A stretch of 64,000 bases of DNA from an uncultured virus (IMG/VR IMGVR_UViG_3300027974_001778) (lineage: Duplodnaviria > Heunggongvirae > Uroviricota > Caudoviricetes), in the IMG/VR virus record IMGVR_UViG_3300027974_001778, positions 1-64,000 of that record; one strand, given 5' to 3'. The position numbers and the translations under genes are program-made. The notes below the pieces were generated by a model. That model made no database searches, had not been told where the DNA came from, and was given only the letters and a program-made list of their open reading frames with translations. Below, one piece after another: positions 19,564 to 29,483 of the stretch (position 1 is the stretch's first letter; each line of letters starts with the position of its first letter).

Positions 19564-22500
19564 TTAGATATTTTCAAACGAAGCTCCTGTTGGAGTGATG
19601 AAGAATTCAATGTCGATGAATTCTAACGCCTTCGTAGGTTTTAAGTAGATTTTACCTGTTAAAGTGTTTCTATCTAAGTCTTCAGGTGTTGAAGAAACTG
19701 TTACACGGAAATCGTATAAACCTCTGTCTCTTCTGATTGAATCTAAAATAGGGTTAACACTATCCAAGAATTGTTGTCTAACGATTTGGTCGTTTTGTTC
19801 GAACAATAATCTTACCGCTACCGCTGAAATTAATTTACGAGCTTGTAATAACAATCTTCTTACGTTCAATCTGTTCAATGCTGAATCAGCTACTTGTAAT
19901 GTTTTGTTACCCCAAATTACTGTACCAACGTCTGCGAATGTTGCGATTGGGTTGATTCTACCTTGATAAAGAGTATCTCTATCTTCTTGAGTCAACTTAA
20001 CTCTCGCCTTGATTGAATTTACAAGACCTCTTGTGTAACCCGCTGATGCGAACCAAGGGAATGCAATGTTATCTGTCAATGCTAAGTTTCTTACAACCTC
20101 ACCTGTTGGAGGTAAGTAGATTTGTGTATTATTAACAGTATCTCTTACTAAAATCCATGGGTAGTAAGTTGCTGTATAGTTTGAGTCAATTCCTGTATTA
20201 TCTAAGTTGTCAACTGCCTCTTGTGGATAAATAACATCTAAAGAGTTAGTTCCGTCTGGAGTGTACATTAAGTAGTCAGGAGTTGTTGCGATATAAACAG
20301 AGTCAGCTCTTGCGTATTGAACCATTTGAATTGCTTCCTCAACAAGATTTGAGTTATTAACATAATCAATACTTGAAGTTGCAAATATGTTAATGTTTGT
20401 AGCTTCAGGGTTAGCGAATGTTAATATACCAAGTAAGTAAGCGTAGTAGTCGGTGTTTGCAAAATCTTGAGTATTGTTTTGTATAACAATTCTCTTGAAT
20501 AAACCGTCACCTGTTGCTGTTGGGTATCTTGTAGAAGACGAAGCTCCTGCTAAGTAACCTGTCGCTCCTAATTGGAATCTATCTTGGTTAGTTCTATATT
20601 CTCTATAAACATCCCATCCGTCAAATCCACCCGCAAAACATATTGTATATTTTCTTGAGTATATAAAGTAGTAAGGGTTTTCTTGAGTTTCAGGGTCAAA
20701 TCTGAAATCAGCGACTCCACACTCGAAAGCAGTTTCACCACTTGTTTGGAATGAGTTAGCTATTGTAACTACAGTCGCTCCTGAGTCCATGTGGAATCCT
20801 TTACTTAAGTAGTTCCAAGGTTCACCTGCTACAGGTAACGCTGAACTAACCCAGTTAGGAGGATTTTGTCTACCTTTAAATTGTAAGAATGCATCGTCAA
20901 TACCAAATTGAGAAGAGAAACCTAAGTAAGCTCTTCTAACAATATCACCTGCAGATTCAGTTGCGTTTGTTGTTGAACCAAATGGAGGGTTGAATACAAC
21001 CTCACCTGGATAATAATATTTAGTTTTGAATTTAGGTACTGGTGAAATGTTAGCCGTTGATTCATATTCTCTTTGAGTGTACCCGTAGAATCCACAAGGG
21101 ATTGCATCTATTGGAGCCTCATCAGCTAATTCAATCATTATATATCTTGAAATTAAAGCAAATTCACCGTTAGATGAACCAATTTTCTTAGCAACAAAGT
21201 TGTTTGAAGCTGGGTCCATATTACAATTTGTGAATTTCTCAATTACAACAGGATTAGCGTCTGTATCAAAGAAGTTTCTAACTAATACGTCAAATGTCAT
21301 ATTGTTAAATGATAAGTTTGCAATTGAAACTTTAACTTCTGTGTTAGCTGCGTCACCATCAGAAATTGAAATGAATTTAAATAATCTATAAACTTTATTA
21401 CCTCTTAACTCAGATACTAAGAACGGAGTTTCAGGTGATTGATATTTTTCAACTTTATAAGCGATTGATTGTGTATTTTCGCTTCTTGCATCTTCTAACG
21501 CAACTAACTCAGGATTAATACCTTTAATATAACCTTGGTTATATGCATAGTTTAAAGAACCTGGATAAATTTCTTCAACATATAATGGAACCTCATTTCT
21601 TGATTTTCCAAAATTATCAACACCTAACACTTTAGTTATAAACTTAGGAGACGCCGCAGATAATGAAGTTTCAAAAGAGAAAGTATCAGAATCTTTAGTA
21701 ATACCTGAAAGTAAGAATCCTTCATATGGTGAATTTGTAATACCTGAATATTGTCCTGTTGCAACTAAATTAACATCAGTTAATCCACTTACTTCGTATA
21801 TAGGACCGTGTTGACCAAGGTCTGCGTTGTTTGAATATAATGAAATACCTCTTGAACGTAAAGTTGCTACAACCATGTTGTTATATTCACTATAAGCAGT
21901 ACCTGAGAAGTTGAATACATCTCCTTCAATAGTTCCTGTATAAGTTGCTCCACCGTCAGTTGTTGTTAAAGACGTTACAGTATAATAGAATGAATAACCT
22001 GCGTAGTCGTTATTAATATTAGCGTCATTATCAAACGTTGCATAATACCAAGGGTCGTTTAAATCTGCACTTAAATCATTAGTATCAAGATTGTTTGAAC
22101 TTGACCCAAACACATTTAATTGTTTTGAGTATTGACTAACTAATCCCCAATAAGTTGTTGATGGTACCGCTCCGTAGAATGCAACAGTTGTTGCGGAATA
22201 CGATGGGTTATCGATTATAAATCCTAAATTAGAATTAAAATCATCTTGATATGTAGATGTACTACCATCAGATAATCTATATTGTATATTTAGGTTATTT
22301 TGAATGTCTGTAGGTAATCCACTTAACATAGTAACAGTACTACCCGAACTAGCTCCTGTAAATACAGAAGTAAATGCGGTTCCTCCTGTTGGAGGTATTA
22401 TACCTATAGTTAATGGGTCGACATTGGCAGTAACTCTAATACTCCAAGAAGGACCCGCGTCGTATCCCGACAAACCTAATACTCTTGTAACAAACAATTG

Positions 22501-22776
22501 GTTAGACTGTTGTAAGTATGACTTGGCAATGTATGCCGCTTCATATTTTGGGATTTGTGTGTTTACAAATTTTACTGGTTCCGTTCCGCCAAAATAAGCT
22601 TGGAACTCGTCGTAGTTAGTTATAAAAACAGGTTCGAATGCAGGGCCCTTTATTGTTTCCCCTACTAAACCTAAGGTAGTAACACCGACACTCTGTGCTA
22701 CGAACGAAAGGTCCGTTTCAGATGTGTATACTCCAGGTGATACAAAAACTTTTTGATTTGCTTGTGCTGTTGCCAT
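19564..22776 (-). CDS. contractile tail sheath protein (gp18-like)
   Basis: SPGVYTSETDLS, GETIKGPAFEP, PWFASAGYTRG, INPI, WGNKTLQ, LNVRRLL, IYLKPTKALEFI. Confidence 0.95.
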   Translation of the reverse strand: MATAQANQKVFVSPGVYTSETDLSFVAQSVGVTTLGLVGETIKGPAFEPVFITNYDEFQAYFGGTEPVKFVNTQIPKYEAAYIAKSYLQQSNQLFVTRVLGLSGYDAGPSWSIRVTANVDPLTIGIIPPTGGTAFTSVFTGASSGSTVTMLSGLPTDIQNNLNIQYRLSDGSTSTYQDDFNSNLGFIIDNPSYSATTVAFYGAVPSTTYWGLVSQYSKQLNVFGSSSNNLDTNDLSADLNDPWYYATFDNDANINNDYAGYSFYYTVTSLTTTDGGATYTGTIEGDVFNFSGTAYSEYNNMVVATLRSRGISLYSNNADLGQHGPIYEVSGLTDVNLVATGQYSGITNSPYEGFLLSGITKDSDTFSFETSLSAASPKFITKVLGVDNFGKSRNEVPLYVEEIYPGSLNYAYNQGYIKGINPELVALEDARSENTQSIAYKVEKYQSPETPFLVSELRGNKVYRLFKFISISDGDAANTEVKVSIANLSFNNMTFDVLVRNFFDTDANPVVIEKFTNCNMDPASNNFVAKKIGSSNGEFALISRYIMIELADEAPIDAIPCGFYGYTQREYESTANISPVPKFKTKYYYPGEVVFNPPFGSTTNATESAGDIVRRAYLGFSSQFGIDDAFLQFKGRQNPPNWVSSALPVAGEPWNYLSKGFHMDSGATVVTIANSFQTSGETAFECGVADFRFDPETQENPYYFIYSRKYTICFAGGFDGWDVYREYRTNQDRFQLGATGYLAGASSSTRYPTATGDGLFKRIVIQNNTQDFANTDYYAYLLGILTFANPEATNINIFATSSIDYVNNSNLVEEAIQMVQYARADSVYIATTPDYLMYTPDGTNSLDVIYPQEAVDNLDNTGIDSNYTATYYPWILVRDTVNNTQIYLPPTGEVVRNLALTDNIAFPWFASAGYTRGLVNSIKARVKLTQEDRDTLYQGRINPIATFADVGTVIWGNKTLQVADSALNRLNVRRLLLQARKLISAVAVRLLFEQNDQIVRQQFLDSVNPILDSIRRDRGLYDFRVTVSSTPEDLDRNTLTGKIYLKPTKALEFIDIEFFITPTGASFENI

Positions 22777-22879
22777 TATTTAATTTAATTCTATTGCAGA
22801 TTTATTTTAATGATAAATATTCGTTACTACTACAAAAAACTTGACTTTTGAATATGTATTTGTAAACGGTATGAATAAA

Positions 22880-22898
22880 TTCTGCCTTTTTTCTGCCT
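22880..22898 (+). promoter_or_regulatory. direct repeat TTCTGCCT x2, candidate operator
   Basis: Copies at 22880-22887 and 22891-22898 (11-bp period), abutting the ATG at 22899. Confidence 0.45.
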
Positions 22899-23066
22899 AT
22901 GAAAACTAAGAAGGAAATAAAGAACATTAAAATAGACCCTGAAGTACACGAGATATTAAAAAAGTACTGTGAGAATCGTGGAATGAAGATTTATAAATTT
23001 TTAGAAAATTTGATACTTGAGAAGTGTAAAGAAAAAAAAGATATCTACGGAGAAAAATTAAACTAA
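22899..23066 (+). CDS. small ribbon-helix-helix-type DNA-binding protein
   Basis: Not in the ORF track; MKTKKEIKNIKIDPEVHEILKKYCENRGMKIYKFLENLILEKCKEKKDIYGEKLN* (55 aa), beta-strand followed by two helices. Confidence 0.7.
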   Translation: MKTKKEIKNIKIDPEVHEILKKYCENRGMKIYKFLENLILEKCKEKKDIYGEKLN

Positions 23067-24098
23067 GATATTATCAAACTTAATGTTTGCTTCTAAAGAG
23101 TCATCTTGTTTAACAACTTGTATTCTTAAAACATCATTAGTTGTTATTTGAATCTTCTGAACATCGGTACCATAATAGTCTCCGTTAATATAAACATCAT
23201 ATGATTCAACGTTGATTGAATTAGCCCAAGTTAAATTTGCAGTATAAGCAACCACATCACTTAATGTATTGTTACCAACAACATAATAAAAGTTAGATAA
23301 AAATTCGTCAGGGTTTTTAGGACTTTTATTTCTTCTTTGTTTAAAACTTGAAGTATCAATCTCCATAATTTGAGAAACTCTTGCAATTGCAGGTTTAACT
23401 TCAAACTCATCTTCATCAATAAGATATCCTAACATTGTGAAGTCATATGATTGAACATAATATTTTCTTGAGTCCAAACTCATTTGAGACTCGTCAGAAA
23501 TATTGTTTAATATGATTGGAACATATTGCCCTTTGATAAAAGTGTACGCCTGTCTTGATGAGAATTTTTGCATAACAATTTTATTTAATTCGTTAAGCTC
23601 CCTCATTCTATTACAAATAATTTTTACACTGTAGTTAATATCTACAGGCACTGGCTGTGGTATTGTGTATATGTCCATACCTTGTTCGTTACCATTCCAA
23701 GTTGGAACAGATGCATAATAAAATTGTTTTCTATTAGGTATTGTATATTGAAGAGCAGGATTAGTTCCAAATTTAACTTCAGGACTTCTTACCACTGTAA
23801 TGAATGGTGGTGAAGGGTTATAATCTAAATCAACAAATAAAGCAGTCTCAACATATTGTGTCCAGTTTTGAGTTGTAATAATAATATCAACCATAGGTAC
23901 CACTTTACCTGCGGTTACAACTTCTAAATCTCCTTTAACAAAATCAAGCATACCCCTATCCAAGTCGGCATGTAATACTGACTTAGGTAAATAAGTTCCA
24001 TCTTTGTTGATATATTCCAACAACTGCTCCCTACGAGCAGACAAAGTTTTTTTAGGAACTAACGGCAATGTTGGTTTAACTTGTTTTGGTAATGGCAT
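23058..24098 (-). CDS. tail terminator/completion-type structural protein
   Basis: 346 aa upstream of the sheath; PPFITVVR, PVPVDINYSVKI, YDFTMLGYLI. Confidence 0.6.
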   Translation of the reverse strand: MPLPKQVKPTLPLVPKKTLSARREQLLEYINKDGTYLPKSVLHADLDRGMLDFVKGDLEVVTAGKVVPMVDIIITTQNWTQYVETALFVDLDYNPSPPFITVVRSPEVKFGTNPALQYTIPNRKQFYYASVPTWNGNEQGMDIYTIPQPVPVDINYSVKIICNRMRELNELNKIVMQKFSSRQAYTFIKGQYVPIILNNISDESQMSLDSRKYYVQSYDFTMLGYLIDEDEFEVKPAIARVSQIMEIDTSSFKQRRNKSPKNPDEFLSNFYYVVGNNTLSDVVAYTANLTWANSINVESYDVYINGDYYGTDVQKIQITTNDVLRIQVVKQDDSLEANIKFDNILV

Positions 24099-24100
24099 TA

Positions 24101-24613
24101 TTAAATTCCTCTAAATTCATTTTCACTAACATAAGTGGCAACAACACTTCTATAAAAAGGTTTGTATCCACCGTAAGTGTGTTTATTGTCTGACCTAACA
24201 TATCCATCATCAGACACTACATAATATCTAACCCTATCTTCAGATTCATAATATCCAATATAATCACCTTGAAATATTTCAACTTCCAAATCATCAAGAG
24301 TCTTTTGGTAAATAGAGAACTTCATATTACCAGGCTCTTGTAGTTCAATTTTTGAATTACCATAGTTTTTACTTGCAGGAGTCATCACCTGAACCAAACC
24401 TTGCAATTCAACAGGAGCTAAAAATTGGATTCCATCTTCAAGTACCTCACCATAAACATCATCTACTTTTGTTTTTTGTCTATCTACTCGATAGAGAACA
24501 ATAGTAAAGTTCATATCACCAAGCAACCACTCCTCACCCATACCGATGTCGAGTGAATAGTCTTCAGCTCCAAAGAACTTACCTAATCTTGTAATTGGGA
24601 CTAACTTTTGCAT
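24101..24613 (-). CDS. neck/head-closure protein (gp14-like)
   Basis: LYRVD...DDVYGE, GDYIGY pattern; ATG at 24613 preferred over the TTG at 24631 because TATTTAT lies just upstream. Confidence 0.6.
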   Translation of the reverse strand: MQKLVPITRLGKFFGAEDYSLDIGMGEEWLLGDMNFTIVLYRVDRQKTKVDDVYGEVLEDGIQFLAPVELQGLVQVMTPASKNYGNSKIELQEPGNMKFSIYQKTLDDLEVEIFQGDYIGYYESEDRVRYYVVSDDGYVRSDNKHTYGGYKPFYRSVVATYVSENEFRGI

Positions 24614-24616
24614 ATA

Positions 24617-24645
24617 TTGATAAATACTCAAAGATTAACTATATT
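24617..24645 (+). promoter_or_regulatory. promoter of the helicase gene, overlapping a divergent TATTTAT motif
   Basis: TTGATA-N17-TATATT; ataaata at 24620-24626. Confidence 0.55.
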
Positions 24646-24668
24646 TAAGCCAAATAATTTTCCAATTA

Positions 24669-26420
24669 ATGGACGCTAGTTTAGAATCAAAGGCATTGTC
24701 TCTCTTGGAGGTTTATGAAGGAGGAAATAACTACCTTATTGAACTTAAAAGAAAGTCTCAAATAAATAGGAGGTTTTACCCTACAAGGAGTCAGGCTGAG
24801 TATATTATTAATAACCATAACAAACAACCAAAGGTTGCAAAAAAATGGGTAATACTTGACGCATATTTCGCACAGAAACTTGCTGACGATAAACTTATGA
24901 CCGAAATACCTGAAAAAATTTGGGTAGAAAAGTTATTGGCAGATAAAGAAAAAGCGTTTCACATTTGGGGTAAGATAACCGAATCGGAACAACTACATGA
25001 TTTTTGGTTGCCCAAAGCGGCAATCATAAAAGACAACACGGTTAAAAACGTTGTAATAAACTATGAAAAATATTCTCACCGTCCTCCTCTTGAACATCAA
25101 AAAGAATCTATTCAAAAATTGGTTGAAAATAAAAAATTCATACTTGCAGATGATATGGGTCTTGGAAAGACTACTTCTACTATTATAGCGGCATTAGAAT
25201 CAGGGTCCAAGAAAGTATTAATTATTTGTCCAGCAACTTTAAAAATTAACTGGAAAAGAGAGATTGAAAACTATTCAGATAAGGCAGTTTATATTGCTGA
25301 AGGTAAAAACTTTAGTACGGATGCTGACTTTGTAATAATAAATTATGATATTATAAAAAATTTCCATGATACAAAAAAGAAAGGTGAATCGCAAATTCTT
25401 GATGCCAATTTTGATTTGGTGGTCGTTGATGAAGCGCACTATATTAAAAACGCTACAGCCCAAAGAACAAAACTAATTAACGACCTTGTTAAGAAGGTGG
25501 ACCGACTTTGGTTATTGACGGGTACTCCGATGACCTCTCGACCAATTGATTACTTCAACTTATTAAGTTTGATTGAATCCCCTGTTGCGAAGAATTGGAT
25601 GGCGTATGCTATCAGATACTGTCAGGGATACCAATTCAACGTCGGAGGCAGAAAGGTGTGGAATGTTATGGGGGCGTCTAATCTTGAGGAATTAAGAGAC
25701 AGAACCGCAGGTCTTACATTAAGAAGACTTAAAGAAAACGTACTTGACCTTCCTGACAAAATAATCACACCAGTATATCTTAGATTAAAGTCTAAAATGT
25801 ATGAGGAGATTATGGGAGAATATTACGATTGGTATGACAAAAATCCAGAGGAATCAAAATCTCTTACAGTTCAATTCACCAAGTTAACAAAGATACGTCA
25901 GGTTATCGCAGATGAAAAAGTTTCACAGACAATAGAACTTGCAGAAAACATTGTTGAACAAGGGAAAAAAGTAATTATCTTCTGTAACTTTACAGATTCA
26001 CTTAATAAAATTTGCGAACATTTTGGTAAATCCGCAGTTAAAATAAACGGCTCAATGTCTAAACCTGAAAGACAACACAGTGTAGACAGTTTCCAAGAAA
26101 ACGATAAAATAAAAATACTTGTCGGTAATATAAAAGCCGCTGGGGTTGGTATAACTTTAACGGCAGCTGAAGCGGTTATTATGAACGACCTATCATTTTT
26201 ACCATCCGACCACGCCCAAGCAGAAGACCGAGCTTATAGATACGGTCAAAAAAACAATGTATTAGTTTATTACCCCATATTCGAAAACACAATCGAAGGA
26301 ATTATCTACGACATATTAAACAATAAAAAACAAGTGATTGCCACAGTTATGGGGGACAATCAAAATACGGCCGATGCTGCCGAAGAAATTTTGAAGAGAA
26401 TTAATGAAATGCGTCGTTAA
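24669..26420 (+). CDS. SNF2-family (SMARCAL1/HARP-like) helicase
   Basis: LADDMGLGKT, VDEAHYIKN, LTGTP, AAGVGITLT, QAEDRAYRYGQ. Confidence 0.93.
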   Translation: MDASLESKALSLLEVYEGGNNYLIELKRKSQINRRFYPTRSQAEYIINNHNKQPKVAKKWVILDAYFAQKLADDKLMTEIPEKIWVEKLLADKEKAFHIWGKITESEQLHDFWLPKAAIIKDNTVKNVVINYEKYSHRPPLEHQKESIQKLVENKKFILADDMGLGKTTSTIIAALESGSKKVLIICPATLKINWKREIENYSDKAVYIAEGKNFSTDADFVIINYDIIKNFHDTKKKGESQILDANFDLVVVDEAHYIKNATAQRTKLINDLVKKVDRLWLLTGTPMTSRPIDYFNLLSLIESPVAKNWMAYAIRYCQGYQFNVGGRKVWNVMGASNLEELRDRTAGLTLRRLKENVLDLPDKIITPVYLRLKSKMYEEIMGEYYDWYDKNPEESKSLTVQFTKLTKIRQVIADEKVSQTIELAENIVEQGKKVIIFCNFTDSLNKICEHFGKSAVKINGSMSKPERQHSVDSFQENDKIKILVGNIKAAGVGITLTAAEAVIMNDLSFLPSDHAQAEDRAYRYGQKNNVLVYYPIFENTIEGIIYDILNNKKQVIATVMGDNQNTADAAEEILKRINEMRR

Positions 26421-26462
26421 AGAAAATCTGGATTATTTATATGAAATGGATAATCCAAAAAT

Positions 26463-28001
26463 ATGAAAAAAATAGAAGAGAAAATCCAACAACTCGAAAC
26501 ACAAATACTTGAAAACCACATCACAAAAGAAAAAGAGTTGTTGATTAACGAAATGAAAAAAATAGGAATAGAAAAATTACCCTATTCTTACTCAGCCCTG
26601 AAACAGTTTATTGACCCCGAGACAATGAACTTTCACTATAACAAACATTATAAGGGATATGTGGATAAATTGAATGACGCTTTAAATAAAAAGAAATACG
26701 GGGATTTAGAGTTAGAACAAATAATCAAAACAATAAGTCGTTTTGATAAGACAATAAGAAACAACGCAGGAGGAGCATTTAACCACGCATTGTTTTGGAA
26801 TATGTTAACACCAACTCCAAAGAAATTAGAAGGAGAATTACTTAAAAAAATCACAAAACAATTCGGAAGTTTCACTGCGTTCAAGAAACAATTTGATACT
26901 GTTGCCAAAGATAGATTCGGTTCAGGGTGGGTATGGTTAGTCCTTACTGCCAAGAACACATTAAAGATTATGTCGACTCCAAATCAAGACAATCCTTTAA
27001 TGAATGTGATTGAAGGTGGTGGGTTTCCAATATTAGGATTAGACTTATGGGAACACGCTTATTACTTAAAGTATAGAAACAAGAGAGACGAATATATTGT
27101 TAACTTTTGGAAAGTTGTAAATTGGGAATTTGTTTCCAAGTTATACGAAATGAAAACGGAAACTAAATTAGTAGAATCCGTTAAGTTAGAGAAGTTGATT
27201 ACAGAATCTAAAGAGGCGAAGTTCTGTGACGCCAAGGAAGTTCAATTCTACAGAGAACTTATTAATAATTCAAACATTAAGAGAATATACCAAGACGGAG
27301 TAACTAATGCTTTAAAAGAAGTGTTTAGTCAATTTTGGGTTGATAGTACAAATAAAGAAATGTCAGGGTTTTATGGATTAGAGTCTAAAGAAGGAAGGTC
27401 TATTTTAAATAACCTAAACACAAACTTCAACACGTTTTGTTTATTAACCAAAGCAATTAATACTCAAATTGAAAAAATAGGTAGACCTGAAAAGAAATTT
27501 AATTTTTCTAAAAAAGAAAATAGAACCATTAAAGAAATTAACAGATTAATGAATGCGTTGTATCATTTCAAAACAGAAATATTCACAAAAAACAACGAGG
27601 AGTTTATTAACATAATTAAAGTGTTAAAAAAATTGTGGGATAGAGGACAAAAATCTGAAGATGATGTTTTAATTAAAATTGAAAAATATTTTGGGGATTC
27701 CGCAAAACTTGAAAAGACTGGAGGACATGGTCAAAAAACCGATGCTCTCCTTGGTGTTGATTTAACAATTACTTTAAATGAAACAAAATATACCGCTCAG
27801 GTTAAACCATTTTCAAGAATAATAAAAGAAGATGGGAAAATTACTGTAAAAGATACAGGAAATGTTAAACCGTACGACGTTGATTGGTTGATATTTATTA
27901 ATACAAAATCAAACGAAATTTTGATTTTTGAAAACAACCCGATTAAAAATCATAATCAATATGTGTTTAATGAGAGTTCATTAATTCATAAAATAGAATA
28001 G
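26463..28001 (+). CDS. Fe/Mn superoxide dismutase (Mn-type signature) fused to a C-terminal putative PD-(D/E)XK-like domain
   Basis: LPYSYSAL, HYNKH, GGAFNHALFW, FGSGWVWL, TPNQD, DLWEHAYY; ~270 extra aa containing D..GVDL...AQVK. Confidence 0.88.
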   Translation: MKKIEEKIQQLETQILENHITKEKELLINEMKKIGIEKLPYSYSALKQFIDPETMNFHYNKHYKGYVDKLNDALNKKKYGDLELEQIIKTISRFDKTIRNNAGGAFNHALFWNMLTPTPKKLEGELLKKITKQFGSFTAFKKQFDTVAKDRFGSGWVWLVLTAKNTLKIMSTPNQDNPLMNVIEGGGFPILGLDLWEHAYYLKYRNKRDEYIVNFWKVVNWEFVSKLYEMKTETKLVESVKLEKLITESKEAKFCDAKEVQFYRELINNSNIKRIYQDGVTNALKEVFSQFWVDSTNKEMSGFYGLESKEGRSILNNLNTNFNTFCLLTKAINTQIEKIGRPEKKFNFSKKENRTIKEINRLMNALYHFKTEIFTKNNEEFINIIKVLKKLWDRGQKSEDDVLIKIEKYFGDSAKLEKTGGHGQKTDALLGVDLTITLNETKYTAQVKPFSRIIKEDGKITVKDTGNVKPYDVDWLIFINTKSNEILIFENNPIKNHNQYVFNESSLIHKIE

Positions 28002-28018
28002 TTAAGATATTTATTGAC

Positions 28019-29143
28019 ATGGCAGTATTACCAGAACCAGAAAGAAGTAGGATATATACGAGAATCAAACATCAGTTAGGTGCACCACTAAGAAGTGTTG
28101 AACTTGAAGATGAGATGATGGATTCGTTAATGGAATTAGCAATTGGGGATTACGAAGAGTATATCCTACAATGGTTAATTGATTCTCAATGGGTTAACTT
28201 AGTTAACTTGAATATGAATGAAAGGTCTGTTGCAAGAGCGTTAGTTACAAGAACTATGGATTTTGAACAACAGTTTAGTTACGCATATTCTAAAATTGTA
28301 GGTCTTCAAACTGAAGGTCCTTGGGTTTTAAAGAAAGATTATTTCGTTCTTGAGAAGAATGTTCAAACATATGAAATTCCTGCGGGTAGAGAAGTTAATG
28401 AACTATTATGGTTTAGTGACCAACCTTGGACTGCGTTTGGAATTGGTGGAATGGCTGGTGGTTTTGGTGGTATCGGATTAGGTGCCGACCAAGCTGGATT
28501 TGCTCAAATGGGTAATCAAGGTTCTTATTTTATGATGTCAGGTTTTGATTATTTAATCAGAATGCAAGAAGCCAATATTCTTAATAGAATTTTAGGTGGT
28601 TCGATGACTTATAGAATTACAGGTTTACCTGATGGTAAAAAGTTAATTCACTTAATGAATACCCCTGGTGGTAAATTTAATTGGTCAAGTTATAGTCAAT
28701 ACGTTGGTAAAGCCGTATGGTATTGGTATTATGATGTTGAACCCGATAGTAGAGCCGATTGTCTCAAAAACAATCCTGATATTATTAAATTACCGACAGA
28801 TGTTCCAATCGAATCTCTTAGTTGGGAGGACTTAAACGTTCCTGGTCAACAATGGGTGAGAAGATGGTTTACTGCCTATTGTAAAGAAACTTTGGCAAGA
28901 GTTAGAGGTAAGTATAGTGGTAACTTAAAAACACCTGATTCTGAAATCGTAATGGATTATCAGAGTTTACTTACTGAGGCTAAAGACGAAAAGACCAAAT
29001 TAATAGATGAACTAACAGGAGCTGAAGGATGGTTGACAAGAATGAGACCCGATAAAGTAATGGAACGAGAAGCATTAATTGCAGAAAACTTGAACAAACA
29101 AATGAAGTTCAGAGCAATGCCTCGTCAAATATATGTAATTTAA
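28019..29143 (+). CDS. neck/head-tail adaptor protein (gp13-like)
   Basis: QLGAPLRSVEL, WVRRWFTAYCKETLARVRGKYSG, LLTEAKDEK. Confidence 0.75.
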   Translation: MAVLPEPERSRIYTRIKHQLGAPLRSVELEDEMMDSLMELAIGDYEEYILQWLIDSQWVNLVNLNMNERSVARALVTRTMDFEQQFSYAYSKIVGLQTEGPWVLKKDYFVLEKNVQTYEIPAGREVNELLWFSDQPWTAFGIGGMAGGFGGIGLGADQAGFAQMGNQGSYFMMSGFDYLIRMQEANILNRILGGSMTYRITGLPDGKKLIHLMNTPGGKFNWSSYSQYVGKAVWYWYYDVEPDSRADCLKNNPDIIKLPTDVPIESLSWEDLNVPGQQWVRRWFTAYCKETLARVRGKYSGNLKTPDSEIVMDYQSLLTEAKDEKTKLIDELTGAEGWLTRMRPDKVMEREALIAENLNKQMKFRAMPRQIYVI

Positions 29144-29147
29144 TTTT

Positions 29148-29483
29148 ATGGCAATACTAAAAACAATACCATCAAGAAAAGTAATCAATGGGTTTGTCGT
29201 AGACACCTCAGAAATTTCTATAGTATCTGAAAAAGATTATACAACAAACGGAGAGTCTTGTATTGTAATTAAAGATGTTTCTGAATCTACAGTTATTTTA
29301 AATTCTAAAACAACAGACCATATTGTGGTTAAATCAATGACAAGACTTACAATCAAACCAGACATCGGTAAAATCGATGAAGACTATGATGAAATAGTTG
29401 CTGATAAGTATGCTTGTATTGAATTTAGATTTATGAGTGGAAATTGGTATATCCTATCTTCAGACGGTTTGAAGCAATCCTAA
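29148..29483 (+). CDS. small beta-rich structural protein
   Basis: 111 aa ending KIDEDY...IEFRFMSGNWYI; 3' end overlaps the polB 3' end by 24 bp. Confidence 0.6.
   Translation: MAILKTIPSRKVINGFVVDTSEISIVSEKDYTTNGESCIVIKDVSESTVILNSKTTDHIVVKSMTRLTIKPDIGKIDEDYDEIVADKYACIEFRFMSGNWYILSSDGLKQS

Noticed and set aside
1351..22597. Many short plus-strand ORFs in the track (e.g. 1351-1728, 13093-13398, 17253-17513, 19664-19966, 22304-22597)
   Set aside because: They lie antisense within long, motif-supported genes, have Ser/Leu/Phe-rich shadow composition and show no recognisable motifs.
22841..22875. TTGACT as the -35 box for the RHH gene
   Set aside because: No convincing -10 at 16-18 bp spacing.
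10137..24631. Bacterial eCIS, T6SS or tailocin locus
   Set aside because: Neck proteins, polB, gp32-like SSB, phoH and the overall organisation indicate a phage genome.
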